Translations under genes and position numbers: made by a program | In this document: piece by piece, positions 25,801 to 40,513 of the stretch | Position numbering within the stretch: position 1 is the stretch's first letter | How the letters are laid out: the number at the start of each line of letters is the position of its first letter | Assembly (NCBI GenBank): GCA_951406725.2 | Contig: OX597838.1 | Location: 41,168,001-41,232,000, forward strand | DNA from: Octopus vulgaris | Taxonomy: Eukaryota | DNA length: 64,000 bases | Direction of reading: 5' to 3' | Notes under the pieces: generated by a model | Told to the model about the DNA's origin: nothing | The model's database searches: none | What the model saw: only the letters and a program-made list of their open reading frames with translations

Positions 25801-28800
25801 TTGTCAATCCTAACACACTTGATATATGAACTGAAGAAGTTCCCATGCTGTCAGTCCACTCAGAAGTAGCTATCAGATCTCTTGATCCTTCTAATATAAT
25901 CAATGCAAAAACTAATGTGTGTCACATTTTGACCCCCCCCTCTCTCACTATTCATTGAGGCTTCTACTATTGCTCATGCTGAGGTGAGAGTAGTAGAAGG
26001 TATAGACGGTGAGGGTGGTGGCGGAGAGAGAGAGACAAAAAAACTTAGGGTTAGAGTTGAAGTTTTTATTAAAAGTGGTAGTGTTGATGGTGGCAGTGGG
26101 AGTAATAACGAGAGGGACTGGACGGACATGGTGAACACAATTCTTATACACACATTTAGCCTTTTTGTGATGGTAATAGTAATAGTATGAGCTGTAGTAG
26201 TGATAGAGGCGGCGATGGTGGTGGTAGTAGTAGCCAAGGCGGTCAGGGCTGATGGCGAGAGTAAGTGATATGAAAAATGGTGGTGGAGGAGAAGGCAGCA
26301 AAGTCAAAAGTATTGATGGTGGTGGCATCAGAAGTCTGGATGGTGTGTGTATGGCAGATGTGGGGGCGATGGTAGTAATGTTTATCATGCAGCTTTGACA
26401 TAAGTTCCAAGTCGACAAATTGTATCATTGTTTTAATGATAATTCTTCATTGCTTGAAAATATTGTTTGAGTTTAATAAAATATAATATGTACTCAATAC
26501 ATGAAGTGTCGTTGTTGGGCCCAAGGCCTAATGAAGATCCCTCCACTGGAGCTAGCTTAAAAACGGCGCTATCAGGCGGCTTTTAAGCTAGTTTTTAATA
26601 TTTTAAACTAGTATACTCGACCCAATTTTGAGATGCAGTTAAATTGGTTTCATGAAGCAGTAACTTTATTAAAGTGGTTATTTCAAACGGCACGTAAAAA
26701 GCACCATCCGTTCGTGGTTGTTGCCAGCCTCACCTGGCCCCCGTGCCGGTGGCACATAAAAAGCACCATCCGATCGTGGCCATTTGCCAGACTCGTCTGG
26801 CACCTGTGCCAGTGGCACATAAAAGCACCCACTACACTCATGGAGTGGTTGGCGTTAGGAAGGGCATCCATCCGTAGAAACATTGCCAGATCAGACTGGG
26901 CCTGGTGCAGCCTTCTGGCTTCCCAGACCCCAGTTGAACCGTCCAACCCATGCTAGCATGGAAAGCGGACGGTAAACGATGATGATGAATTTAAATTATC
27001 GTCTTTTCACATCCATTTCCCATGGATCAGCTGAATGTTTCAGATCCAGCGATCTGCAGGACTGTGCTGAGCTCCAATATTAGCTTTTGCATGGTTTCTA
27101 TGGCTGGGTGCCCTTCCCTCAGCCATTTGCTTGACAATATGTACTGGATGCTTGTTCTTACATGAATCTATTGCTGATTTGTCTCAAAACTCCTAATTAC
27201 AGCCAAAATCTGAAATATAGAGTTATTTAAACATTATTTAAATATCACCTTTTATGAGTTATAAAATCCATATTATATAACTTGCTAAACACTCATGTTC
27301 AGGTGGTGGGGACAAGTCTTATTTTATTTTATTTGATTTATCCTTTTTCTAAGTGATTATTATTGAATATGCTTGAATTGGAACGAGAGAAAAAAACAAA
27401 AAAAAAAACTAGTCATTGGATTTTGGTATGATTAGGTCTGGTTTTGTCTGAAAATGTTTATTCATTAATTGCTTTGACTCCATGTGGAACCTGAGCTAGC
27501 AACAAGAAATCTCCAGCTTTCTTGATCTTTGGCAACAGATTGCAGTTGTTGCTAGATGTAGCTGCTTTCAGTTTTTGTGGATCTTTTCCATTTTGTTTTC
27601 GATCTATCCAAATTCTGCCCCCAGGCCTGGTACTGCAAGCTTATAGAGCTTCATCTCTGCAGCAATTTAAGCTCTCTTTGGGGTTTGCAACAGTTCTAAT
27701 CTCAGTGAGATTATTCCACATTGTAGCTAGTTTTTGCTTTTCACTTCAGAGCTCCTTATGCAATCTCTGAAGATCTCTTATCTGGCCCAGTTTCATGTTC
27801 TCTTTGTGTATCAGCAGCAATGTAAGATATTGATAGTGCAAGGTTACTAACTCTACATCTACCACCCTTCTTTCTCAACTGGATTTGGGATTGGCTGTGG
27901 TTAAAAAAATTTTGGAAGATAATTATTCCTACTAATCTTTTAAAAGAAACCATTGCTTTTACTTTTGCTGTCCAGCATAAAACAGCTGCAAATTGGAAAA
28001 TCTAGTTCAGTCAATCATGTTATGGGTTAATGTTTGCATATATTTTAATACTTGTTGCCTTCTATTATTATTTTTGCACCTAGGGTGCATTATAGGATTT
28101 GATCCCAGTTCTTGACAAGTATTTGATAGAATTTGAATTTGGATTTTAAAAGGCCAAAACTGTAATGTATTTTGTCTCTAATGCTCTCAAAATTCTGAAT
28201 CCACTGCCACCATTCATATTTAGTCACTATTTCTATCAAAATCTGAAGCTTTTAGAATATAAAAAAGGTTGTGAAAATAAGATCATAGATGAGAGATTTG
28301 AAAAAATATATCCCCGGAATTTGGGGAACAAAGGATTTGTATTATGAAAATGTCGAACAGTGTCCAACAAGTGATTATCTTGTGAGATCTTATCTGATCA
28401 CTAATGCAGTAATGAGATTTACATTGATATTTTGATTTCAATGTGTGTATATAGGTAGAGGCAACAGTCTTGTTGGGATGGTATTCTATGGTGCTGGCAA
28501 AATGGTTAAATTGCACTCTGTTGTCTCATAGCTTGAGACACTGTTTGAAAATAAAGACAAAATTGTCTTGGCATGATTGCTTTTGACTTAATTGTCCTTT
28601 AATTAGAGTTGGCCTGGGGGCTAAATAGCATAATTGTTACACAAACAGTAGCAGTTTTCTGGACATAGGATAAATTAAAAAATGGGGTAAATCGAGTTAT
28701 GTTCAACAGGATGGGATAGTAGCAGCACTAGAGTTCCAATCAGCTCAATTTAAATGAAATCCCTTTCAGGGAATCTGAAAACTAAGGGGTTTAGAATAAC

Positions 28801-31800
28801 AAGAATATTCCACTTTGGAAACTTCCATTACTGAATTGAATTTTGAATGGCTTGAAATTTTGTCATGTGGGAAATGATGGTGATGACTTTGGCATTAGAC
28901 ACTAGAATATGGGGTAGAGATGCAGCTAATGTTAATACACCTCCCATGGATGGGATTTAAATTCAGAACTCAACCCTTTGCCTGTCCAAAGCATTTTCAT
29001 AAGTTTGTGCTAAACATCCATACTTATTTTCACACTTTTTAATTATTGGTGGTTAATTTGAATTAGTTGATGGGTTGTGATCAAGTTGATAGAATTGTTA
29101 GTGCGCTGGGCAAAATGCTTAGCAGTATTTCATCTGTTTTTTTATATTCTGAGTTCAAATTCTGCTGAGGTCGACTTTGCCTTTCATCCTTTTGAGGCTG
29201 ATGAAACTAGTACCAGTTGAGCACCGGGAGTGGGGGGGGGTGTCAATGCGATTGGCTAACCTAGTGGCTACCAACCTTTTCACTACCAAGGACCCTTTTT
29301 ATTTAAATGAGTTTTCCCATGGATCCCTTTTAATATGTTTATCCAACCACATGGTTCCGGGTTCAGTCCCACTGCGTGGCATCTTGGGCAAGTGTCTTCT
29401 GCTAAAGCCCCGGGCCGACCAATGCCATGTGAGTAGATTTGGTAGATGGAAACTGAAAGAAGCCTGTCGTATATATGTATATATATATATATATAAGTGT
29501 GTGTGTATATGTTTGTGTGCCTGTGTTTGTCCCCCTAGCATTGCTTGACAACCGATGCTGGTGTGTTTACGTCCCCGTCACCTAGCAGTTCGGCAAAAAG
29601 ATACGGATAGAATAAGTACTGGGCTTACAAAGAATAAGTCCCGGGGTCGATTTGCTTGACTAAAGGCGGTGCTCCAGCATGGTCGCAGTCAAATGACTGA
29701 AACAAGTAAAAGTAAAAAAAAAAAATATATATATATATATATGAAATTTTGAATTTCACAGACTCCCAGTACTCTCTTTAGTGGACCACAGGTTGGAAAC
29801 CACTGGACTAACCCTTTGACCCCAAATTTAAGGCCTTGTACCTTTAATAAAAAGGAATATCTGATCAGAATGTATTGCACTCAATAAAAACATGTATCCT
29901 GTGATCTGCATAGCACATTTTAAACATTGTACACAATTTTTACTACAACTGATGCTTGCATCACATGACACACACGCATGCGTTTGTTTGAGAATATGCA
30001 TCACATAATACAGGTTTTTATTGTGTGATGCATCCCGTGATCATATATTACTCGCCAACTAAACCAAATCTCCTTCCCATGTATCACATATGAAGCACAC
30101 GCACATACATTCCCCTATTTATGTTCTTAGTAGAATGTCTATTGTATATGCTTCGTAGATGCCAGGGAAATGCCCTGTGTATCACATGATACACTGGACA
30201 GGTTGGAAGCACTCCGTCAGTTACGACGACGAGGGTCCCGGTTGATCCGAATCAACGGAACAGCCTGCTTGTGAAATTAACGTGTAAGTGGCTGAGCACT
30301 CCACAGACATGTGTACCCTTAACGTAGTTCTCGGGGATATTCAGCGTGACACAGAGAGTGACAAGGCCGGCCCTTTGAAATACAGGTACAACAGAAACAG
30401 GAAGTAAGCGTGAGAGAAAGTTGTGGTGAAAGAGTACAGCAGGGATCACCACCATCCCTGCCGGAGCCTCGTGGAGCTTTAGGTGTTTTCGCTCAATAAA
30501 CACTCACAACGCCCGGTCTGGGAATTGAAACCGCGATACTATGACCGCGAGTCCGCTGCCCTAACCACTGGGCCATTGCGCCACCTTACTGGACAGGTAA
30601 TGGGTGAATGACACAGGTATAATAAAACACTGCAAGGCATTTTTGCCCAGTATTTTACCAATTCTGCCATCTACTATACTTTTCCATTGTTACGTTTTTG
30701 TTGTCCTAGTGGTATATATATATTTATTGTAATTTTACATTTTTTAGACTTCAGTATCGGTGGCTTTTACACCAACATCAGTGATTAGGAAGATGCATTC
30801 AGAAAAGGCTGTGGAGAAAGAACGCCAGGCCAAGCAGGATGGATGTAGTTTAAACAGTACGTTATTTCCTTTTTACATTTATATTTTCCGAATTTTGTTC
30901 TTTGCTCTGATAGCATATCTTTATATATAAAAGAGAGGTTGTGTGCTGTCTGTCTCCTACGATTTAGATTCCTAACTACTCCCACATTTTGCGGTGCAGT
31001 TTAACCAAAACCGGGTATCTTGTAGTTGTGATTCATATCGAGCCCTTCTGGGTATTAGCACGCATCTACGATGAGTCTACAATTTAAAAAAAAATTTACC
31101 ATCAATTTTCCCCATTTTAATGCATTTTTGGCATATATAAGGGAAGTAACTCTCTAAAAATTTATTAAATCTCAGAACGTAAAAAGCTACAGTAACAATA
31201 TGTGGTTAGCCATATTGAGATGGCTATTATACTTTACATCTCTAAAAATGCTTATATAGTTATTTCCCTTACAAACCCGAGCAACGCCGGGCGATACTGC
31301 TAGTTGTTTACAAATTTACTTTACAAACCTGAATATTTGGACTTGATCATTAACCCTTTAGCATTTAAAGCAGCTATATCTGGCCCAAATATTCTTGTTT
31401 TATGCTCAAACCGGCCAAATTACCCTACAGTATCATTCTAAAAATAAACAACCTCATCATCGAAATCTCGGTGTGAATGAATGTCTTACATCTGACAGAA
31501 AAATCTGAATACTAAAGGGTTAAACGTTTGATTAAGGATGTTAACTAGTTTGACAATTCAACAGTTTTTTATTGTCACCCAGTGCAGTAATGTCTGTAGA
31601 CTAGTCCAGATAGCTGTGTACGAGTTCAATGAAAAGATGTGCTTTACTTAAAAGCATTTGATGCAATATGCAATTTCTAAGTATCAAGGCTTTGAAGTAG
31701 GCTGTGCAAAGGTTTAAAAAGAAAAGTAACAAAAATTCTTTATCCTTGGGGAAGTCTTGAATAGACATAATGAATGTATGAATTGCTAAATCCGTTGTCT

Positions 31801-34800
31801 TGGGACATTTCACCTGAATTACGTTCCCCTTGACAAGTAATAGGATATGTCTTGACCCTACAGCATTCAGATTGCTCTGGCAACTGTAATGTTTATTTAT
31901 TCATTGTTTTGATGAAATGATTGCTTATTGTTAGCCTGACATTGTAGGATGGGACAGATCTGGCCAATTTGAACATGAAATGAGTAAAATAGTTGGCCTG
32001 AATGCTACCAGTTAAAAATTTAAGACACAACACATGCTGAGCCAACAAGAGTCTCTCTGAAGCTGTTCAGCTTACTAAAACTAGCAGTCAAATCTTCCTC
32101 AGATCACATACTGTCATTTTAAAGAATATACTGGACAATGTAGTCTATGAAAATGGACAGTAAGGGTGGTCATTGCTGGAGCATTTTTGATCACATCTGC
32201 TCTGTTAAGGCTAGATCCCAACACAACATAGTATCTATGACTAAATCTGATTTTGTTTCTTCAGTTGATCTCTACTATTACCTCCTTAACCTCTTAATTT
32301 CATTAACTTTTTTTTCTCTTTTTTTAGGTTACTCAGCTCAAAAAACTCTCATGAAAAACCAAATGTACATAGACAGTGTCCTCAAAGATTCCTACAGCAA
32401 CAATGTCTGTTCAGACAGCTCTCGAAGCAGTCCTCTGTCACTCATCTGTGACAAAAAAGACATTGGTCAGGGCCCCTCAGTGAATGGCCACCCTCTGCCA
32501 AGGGGCCAGGACGGATTGCCGAACCAACAACATTCTGGACAAACACCTTTCCTCCCTCAATCACATCCCAACCTCCCAATAGACTCTAGCATCATTGGCG
32601 GCAGCCTGAACATAAGTGGCTCTTGCAATTCTTCGGCAACACCGTCACCTTCGTCAGCCAAGTCTTCAAAACTGACCCCTCACAAGGGCCCTATGTCTAC
32701 TGCTGGATGTGGTGAGATCCTTGCTGCTCAACTCTTCAACCATGAACAACAGGTAGGAACTGTTTTACTGTCTCTTAATCCACCACAACTTTCACTGTCA
32801 TCTCACTTAATCTGCCTCCAGCACCACCACTCGTATCTCTTAATTCAGCACCACCACTCGTATCTCTTAATCCAGCACCACCACCACTCGTATCTCTTAA
32901 TCCAGCAGCACTTCCACCTTTTTTTGTTTAAATATTTTCATCTGAAGCAGTTTTTAATGAATTGGGTGAGTCAATGGTACTCTCAATATGTGAATGCAAA
33001 TGAGCTGAGACAGGTGTGGGTGGGTGGGAAACTAGATGCAAGAATCAGATTTTGTATATAAGAAGACTACACTGGTACAGGCATTTCATGCATATGCATA
33101 GAGGATGTCAATCCCATGAAGTGTTGAATACTCAAAGTAAATGGAACTTGTGGTCAAGACGATAACCTGGGAGGAAGTGGTGAAGGTTGATCTCCAGATT
33201 TTTGACCTTCATAAAAGAATTGACAAAGAACTGCAATGAGTGGTGACATGTTGAAGACTGCTCCACTTGTGCAAGCGTAGCGGTATGGATGTTGAAGTTG
33301 AGATGTATGGTATATCTACATTGGGTCCATTGCTCATTGTGTTCCATTTATCTCAATTTATTGCTCTTCTCAATCACAAGTTCTGAGTTGAGTCTCGTTG
33401 AATAGTGCCTTGAGCAAGTGTCTTCTACTGTAGAGCCAAGCCAACCAAGTCCTTGTCACTGGATTTCGTAGATGGAAACTGAAAGAAACCCATTGTGTGT
33501 CCGTTCCCCCCTCCTTGTTACACAGTGTTATGGCTATAAATGAGTAAAGGTGAAGTTACCTTCTTGAGTCACGTTGACTCTTAAGGGCTGGTTTCCATGG
33601 TGTAATAGGTCTCCAGCTGGAAGTGACGCTGGTCTGTCACTGAATTACTCATTTTTGCCAGCCAAGTGGACTGGAGCAGCATGAAATGAAGTATTTTGCT
33701 CAATAACACAATGCATTGTCCAGGAATTGAAACTACAATCATGAGTCCAACACCTTAACCACTGAGCCATGCACTTCCACAAATCAGTGTCTCTGTAATA
33801 CAGGTAGTGTCATTCATTCCCAGTATTCTGCGAAAACATGTCTGGCCAGGGGGGAAATATTACCTCGCTTGGAAACAAGATAAGGGTTTGTGACAGGAAT
33901 GGCACCCAGCTGTAGAAAATCTGTCTCAATAAAACTCTGAGCCATGCAATCGTGGGTCATCTATGATTGCATGATAACAATGATGATGATGACAATGCTT
34001 TTTAAAATTTTTTTTTTTAACATGGCACCTTGGGCATGTGTCTTCTATGACCTCTGGCCAACCAAAGCCTTGTGAGTGGATTTGGTAGACAGAAACTGAA
34101 AGAAGCCTGTCATATATATATATATATATATATAAATAAAACTTACTTGGAAGAGGATGCGTGGCGTTTCGTCATATAATAACAAAATATTAAATAAAAT
34201 ATATGCATATATACATACATGCCCGTCAAGTTCAACCTTCACATATTCGCCGTGTCAGGCCGAAAACGAAATGTTCCCAAGATAAGAAAATCTTTCTAAT
34301 CTAATTCATCCCGTAATCTGTACCAGTAATATTCTCATGCAAATTTGTCTGATCTCTAGTGGTTAAGCTGTTTATTATTATTATTATTATTATTAGTATT
34401 ATCCCTTTGATCCCCAGTCGACAATTTGTTTATTATTATTATTATTATTTTCAGCTTCGCCTCATATTGCATATTCTGTATAATTTATTAGTTATTGTTG
34501 ACCATCGGTTTCCGGCCTCGTGTCTCGCTAAATACAGAAGAGATATTTAAGTTTCTCCATACAGGGGTTTTTCAATGGCGGCCGATTTTCGCGGGGTTCC
34601 ACTATTCGCTTCTCTCTCTCTCCCTCTTTTACGTTGTCTGCCCTCCCGCCTCTTCCTTTCCCCCCTTCCATTGCTAAGAGCATTTTTAAGCCAGCCCGTC
34701 AAGTTCAACCTTCGCATATTCCCGGTGCACCCGCCCTTGCCCACCCCCACCACCAATACCGGATATCTCTATTTTTGCTCCATTTATACCGGATGTCGCT

Positions 34801-35652
34801 TCTCCCACCACCATTATAGGTGTCTACTCTTCGAACCCCCCTCTTCAATATGCTATTTCACCATGCATTACCCCTCTCGTGATATCCTACGTTCTACTTG
34901 TCTAGAACCTGTCATCGTTTCTCCGAACACCCCTCCCCACTGGTGCTCCCCTATATTTCTGCACCCTCCCCCCACATAAAAAGCACCATCCGAACGTGGC
35001 CGATGCCAGCACCGCCCCGACTGGCTTCTGTGCAGGTGGCACATAAAAAGCACCAACTGACCGTGGCCGATGCCAGACCCCTCTGGCACCTGTGCAGGTG
35101 GCACGTAAAAAGCACCCACTACACTCGCGGAGTGGTTGGCGTTAGGAAGGGCATCCAGCTGTAGAAGCACTGCCAGACCAGACTGGAGCCTGGGGCAGCC
35201 CCTGGCTCCCCAGACCCCGGTCGAAACCGTCCAACCCGTGCTAGTGCGGAAAACGGACGTTAAACGATGATGATGATGATGATGATATGTACGTACGTAC
35301 CTACATCTATATGTATACATACATGCATATATAGGTACAGGACACCAAAAAAAACGTCGAACACAATGAGAAACGTAAACATAAACACAAAACCAAGGAA
35401 ACGGACATCATATATACATACATACATACACACAGAGGCATATTTGTTGAAAATGCATCTAAATTTGAAAAACTTAATTGTTTAAGATAAATTTATTTAC
35501 ATATATACCAAACTAGTTTCAGCAATATTTTTTGTTCATCAATGGTAAAAATTTAGAATTATGAATTTTAAATTTATTTTAAACAATTACAAGTTTTTCA
35601 AATTTAGGTACATTTTCAACAAATTTGCCTATAAATTTTCCTCTTGTGTGTG

Positions 35653-35684
<32 letters not shown>

Positions 35685-38105
35685 ACATCCCTATAACTTA
35701 GCAGTCCGGCAAAAGACCAATAGAATAAGTACTAGGCTTACAAAGAATGTTCTGGGGTCAGTTTGTTTGACTAAAGGCAGTGCTCCAGCATGGCTGTAGT
35801 TAAATGACTTAAAACAAGTAAAAGTGTGAACCGGATGCTTTTTATGTTATAATAATCTTTGCAGTCTAATTAGTTTTTTTAATCTGTATTAAATTGCTCT
35901 CATCTGGGATTTCTTCTTTGTTTCAGAATCCTAGTCCTTCTCAAACTCTACCTAGCAGTCCGTGTGACCAGTCTAAGTCACTACGGGCACTAATGGGTCA
36001 AGGTATGATGCAGAATCTCACTTCGCAACTCCTTCAGTCTGGTATTTCAAACACAGCGACCAGTGCAGCCCAGCAACAACTCTCATCAAGCTTGGCTGGA
36101 CGACCAATTGTTAAAGGTAACATTTCAATAAATTCAGTGATTCATACTTGAGAAACGGGCATTAAGAACTTCGAGTACTTACTCTTCGCTTCTATTTAGG
36201 GTTAGCTGTACCCATGATCCCTTTTACTGAGAGTCTGTGATTGGGGAAAGGTGGAAGGTATCTTTTAAACCAGAGGCCTGGACCAAACACTTGCAACACA
36301 GGACCCAGCTAAATACATCCAAAAGCCAGGTGGTACTGTGAAATGGGGTGACAGTCTGTGATCCAGGCAGGCCATGGTTGGATTTTGAATGCAAGGAGCT
36401 GGAACAAAAATTGCAAGGCATCTCTTCTGGCATTCTTATAGTTCTGCCAATCCAATGTCTCTTTTTTTTTTTTAAATATAGCTTAGGTGCGAGTGTAGCT
36501 GTGTGGTAAAACGCTTGTTTCCCAGTTATGTGGTTCTGGGATCTGACCCACCTTGGGCAAGTGTTTTTGGCTGTAACCTTGGGCTGACGAAAGCCTTGTA
36601 AATAGAGCTGGTTGACAGAAGCTGAAAGATGTCCTCTGTGTGTGTGTGTGCGCATATATGCATTGGTTGGATGCTTGACAAGAGCTGGTGTGTCAGAGGG
36701 TTGCACCAGCTTTGGCATGGTTTCTCCAAGTAGATGCTCTTCTTAATGCCATCTGCTTTACAAGTTATGTCTTCTACTGTGTACTGACACTAGTGAGGTC
36801 ACTAAGTAACTCATAAGACAAGACCTCCCTCCTCAACTGAGAGGGGAGGAGAATTAAAGGAGGTGGCTTCGTTCCGGGTGATGAGAGGCTAAAGTATGAT
36901 TGAGAGATAAGATTGAGTGTCTTGTTGTAGGGGAGGTATGTAGCTACGCCAGTTGGGAAAGAAAGAGGATAGTGAAGGTGTCAAGAGAAGTGTTATGAGT
37001 GGGTAAATAAGTTTCTGGGAATATATAGCACAGTGGGGCAGATAGATGGGGGTAGAGGGAAATGCAATGATTAGTGAATGCATTGGAGGCATGATCAGTC
37101 ATGAACATCATTTGGAAAGGAAGACAGGTAGTAAGTATAGGTCAGGCAGGTAGTAGTAGTAGGTGGCAGCGAAGATGTAAAGTGTGTTGAGGATGGAAAG
37201 GATGTACAATGCCAGGGACAAAGTCACAGGAAAGTGACTCAGTGCCAGTGGATATAAAAGTGTTGTGAGCAGTGTTTTACTATTGGGTAATTATAGCTAC
37301 CCTGTGACTGATTTCTGATTTTCAAAGCCTGGCATTCATAATGAAATTAGTAGGTAGTCATTGGAAAAAAAGAAAAAGGGTGTGGAGAAAAAAATGTTAC
37401 CCAATATTCCACATGCTATTATTTATAACTTTATCTACATCAAGCTCCACCATTAAAAGTAAATTATTTCGCATTCTCTCAAAGTTTCTAAATTGTGATG
37501 TAAACATACAATTCTTGTTGGTAAGAGCGAAGCTTCTAAAATAGATAGGCTTGAAGGATTGCTTTGGTACAATGGCAGAATGTCTGTCATATTTACAAAT
37601 GTAGGACCAAGTGCCACAGGTTGTCTTTAACTTTACTATCCAAAGGGTTTTTAACCCAATATTTACACACATGGAATTCCATTGTTTAAAATGTATAAAA
37701 AAATGTTATATATGGATATTATGTATTCATGTACACATACATTGATATCTTTTTGTTTGGTAAGTAGAGATGTCTGTCTGGTTGTTTGTCTTTCTGTTAA
37801 CTTGTTTTTTTATTTCATGTAATATATATGTTCATGCATGTGTATTCATATCATCATCATCATTTAACGTCCGCTTTCCATGCTAGCATGGGTTGGACGG
37901 TTCAACTGGAGTCTGGGGAGCCCGAAGGCTGCACCAGGCCAGTCAGATCTGGCAGTGTTTCTACAGCTGGATGCCCTTCCTATCGCCAACCACTCCGAGA
38001 GTGTAGTGGGTGATTTTATGTGCCACCGACACAGGTGCCAGACGAGGCTGGCGAACGGCCACGCTCGGATGGTGTTTTTTATGTGCCACCGACACAGGTG
38101 CCATA

Positions 38106-38140
<35 letters not shown>

Positions 38141-38325
38141 TCTTTTACTTGTTTCAGTCATTTGACTGCGGCCATGCTGGAGCACCGCCTTTAGTCGAGC
38201 AACTCGACCCTGGGACTTATTCTTTGTAAGCCCAGTACTTATTGTATCGGTCTCTTTGCCGAACTGCTAAGTGACGGGAACATAAACACACCAGCATCGG
38301 TTGTCAAGCAATGCTAGGGGGACAA

Positions 38326-38384
<59 letters not shown>

Positions 38385-38554
38385 CATATATACGACAGGC
38401 TTCTTTCAGTTTCCGCCTACCAAATCCACTCACAAGGCTTTGGTCGGCCTGAGGCTATAGCAGAAGACACTTGCCCTAGGTGCCACGCAGTGGGACTGAA
38501 CCCGGAACCATGTGGTCGGTAAGCAAGCTACTTACCACACAGCCACTCCTGCGC

Positions 38555-38601
<47 letters not shown>

Positions 38602-40476
38602 TAAAAAGCATGGAGTCTGCTCTGCAGAGTGGTTGGTGTTTGGAAGGGCATCCAGCTTTGGTAGCATAGGGTAGTTTTCTACCTGGTTGGCTCCTGTCAA
38701 CTGTCCTACCCATGCATGCATGGAAGACGGATGTTAAAGAATGACACACACATGCGGATTTACACTTCCCCTCGCTCAACACTTGTTTCCACAGTCCCAT
38801 ATATATATATATATATAAATACACACCCACATGCATGAACATATACATACACATTTTTGTATGTCCTCTGGACATGTATTTTTCTGTCTATAGGACAGCC
38901 TATATATTCATGCATACAAATGTATATTTATAAATATATGTACAACTTTATCTACACAAGCACACATAACTACCTGTCTGTGTGCACATGCGTGCCACGT
39001 AAAATGTACTCTCCTCTCTGTGGGTTGGTTTGTGTTAGGAAGGGCATCTAATCGTAAAAACCGTGCCAGACAGACATAAGTCTGGTGCAGTCTTCTGCCT
39101 GGCCAGCTCCACACAAACCGTCCAACCCATGCCAGCATGGAAGGTAGATGTTAAACGATGATGGTGACCTCTATGCACATTTGTAAATACATAGACATGC
39201 CAAAACCTTTATACATTTACATACATTCAAATGTATGCATATAGAAAAACGAGCACATATGTACATGCACGTGTGCACATAACCCCTTCATGTCCGCTTC
39301 CTATGTGGCATGGGCTGGTCAGGAGTCTTTGTCAGTGTTTTATGACCAGATGTCCTTGATGACATCCTTTAGCACCACTCCTAGCACAGCGACTGAAAAA
39401 AAAAATCAAGACAAATATGGCATACATGTTTGTTCATTCCTTATAGTTTACTTGTTTGTGTTTATATATGTGCCTATGTAGCTGTTTGCTTATGTCTATA
39501 TATGTGTACATCTTTCTGTTCAGTTTTGACACTTTTTTTTCAGTTTCTTTACCCCATGAGTAGAGCCTGGAGTTCACTATACTAACCGAAGCATAGCAGG
39601 AACACGTGCTACTTGCATTAAATGTCAACATTAACATAGTTTTTGCTGTACATGACACATGATTAACTAATTTTCTAATATATAAATATATATATATATA
39701 TATATAGTGTGTGGATTGTCATTATTGACAAGTCTTTGCATTAGATTAATTATCCATCCAGATACTTTGAATATATATAAACTTTTAGCATTTAAACCAG
39801 TCAGGTATGGCCTCTCACACATATTCTCTACTGTCATTCTTAAAATATACAATCACGTCATTAAAATTTAAAAGCAATGCATGGTTATACTGTTTTGTAT
39901 TTTAGAGATGAGGAATTATGTACAATATTTACATGGAGCGGATAGGTGTCCTCACCTTTTTATCACAATGTTTCGGCTGATGTACTCTCCAGGCTTCATC
40001 AGGGTTGGGTTTGAAATTCCACCAGAACATTTGATGAAGAAGGCTGGAGAGTACATCAGCCGAAATGTTGTGAGGGCACATATTCATCCAATGCATGGTT
40101 AATTCCAAACAATGTGAATAAGCATTACATTTAAGAGAAATCTTGATGCTAATGGGTTTAAACAAAGGTTTATAATATATGGAGTCCCACTGATTGGTCT
40201 TGACACAAGGGGTTTCCCCATTGCCTTATCCAAAACAGTAGACTTGAACTCAATACCACAAGCCAAGGAAATATTTAATTTTGCACCAACACTGCTTCTT
40301 TGATGGTCGATTGTCTGTGCTGCTAGGACTTTGGATAAAATGCACTGCAATATTCCCCCCCCCCATCTTTGTTTTTTAAAGGATTAAAAGCAAGATTGAT
40401 AAGAGTGAGATTTGAACACAGCACAAAGAGCACCAGCTCAGCGCTAATGCAGCCTTCTCCTTCTCCCTCTCCCTCT

Positions 40477-40513
<37 letters not shown>

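Noticed and set aside
25948-26430. ORFs in a G/T-rich intronic stretch
   Set aside because: Low-complexity (GGT/AGT)-type sequence without usable splice sites; the flanking exons already join in phase
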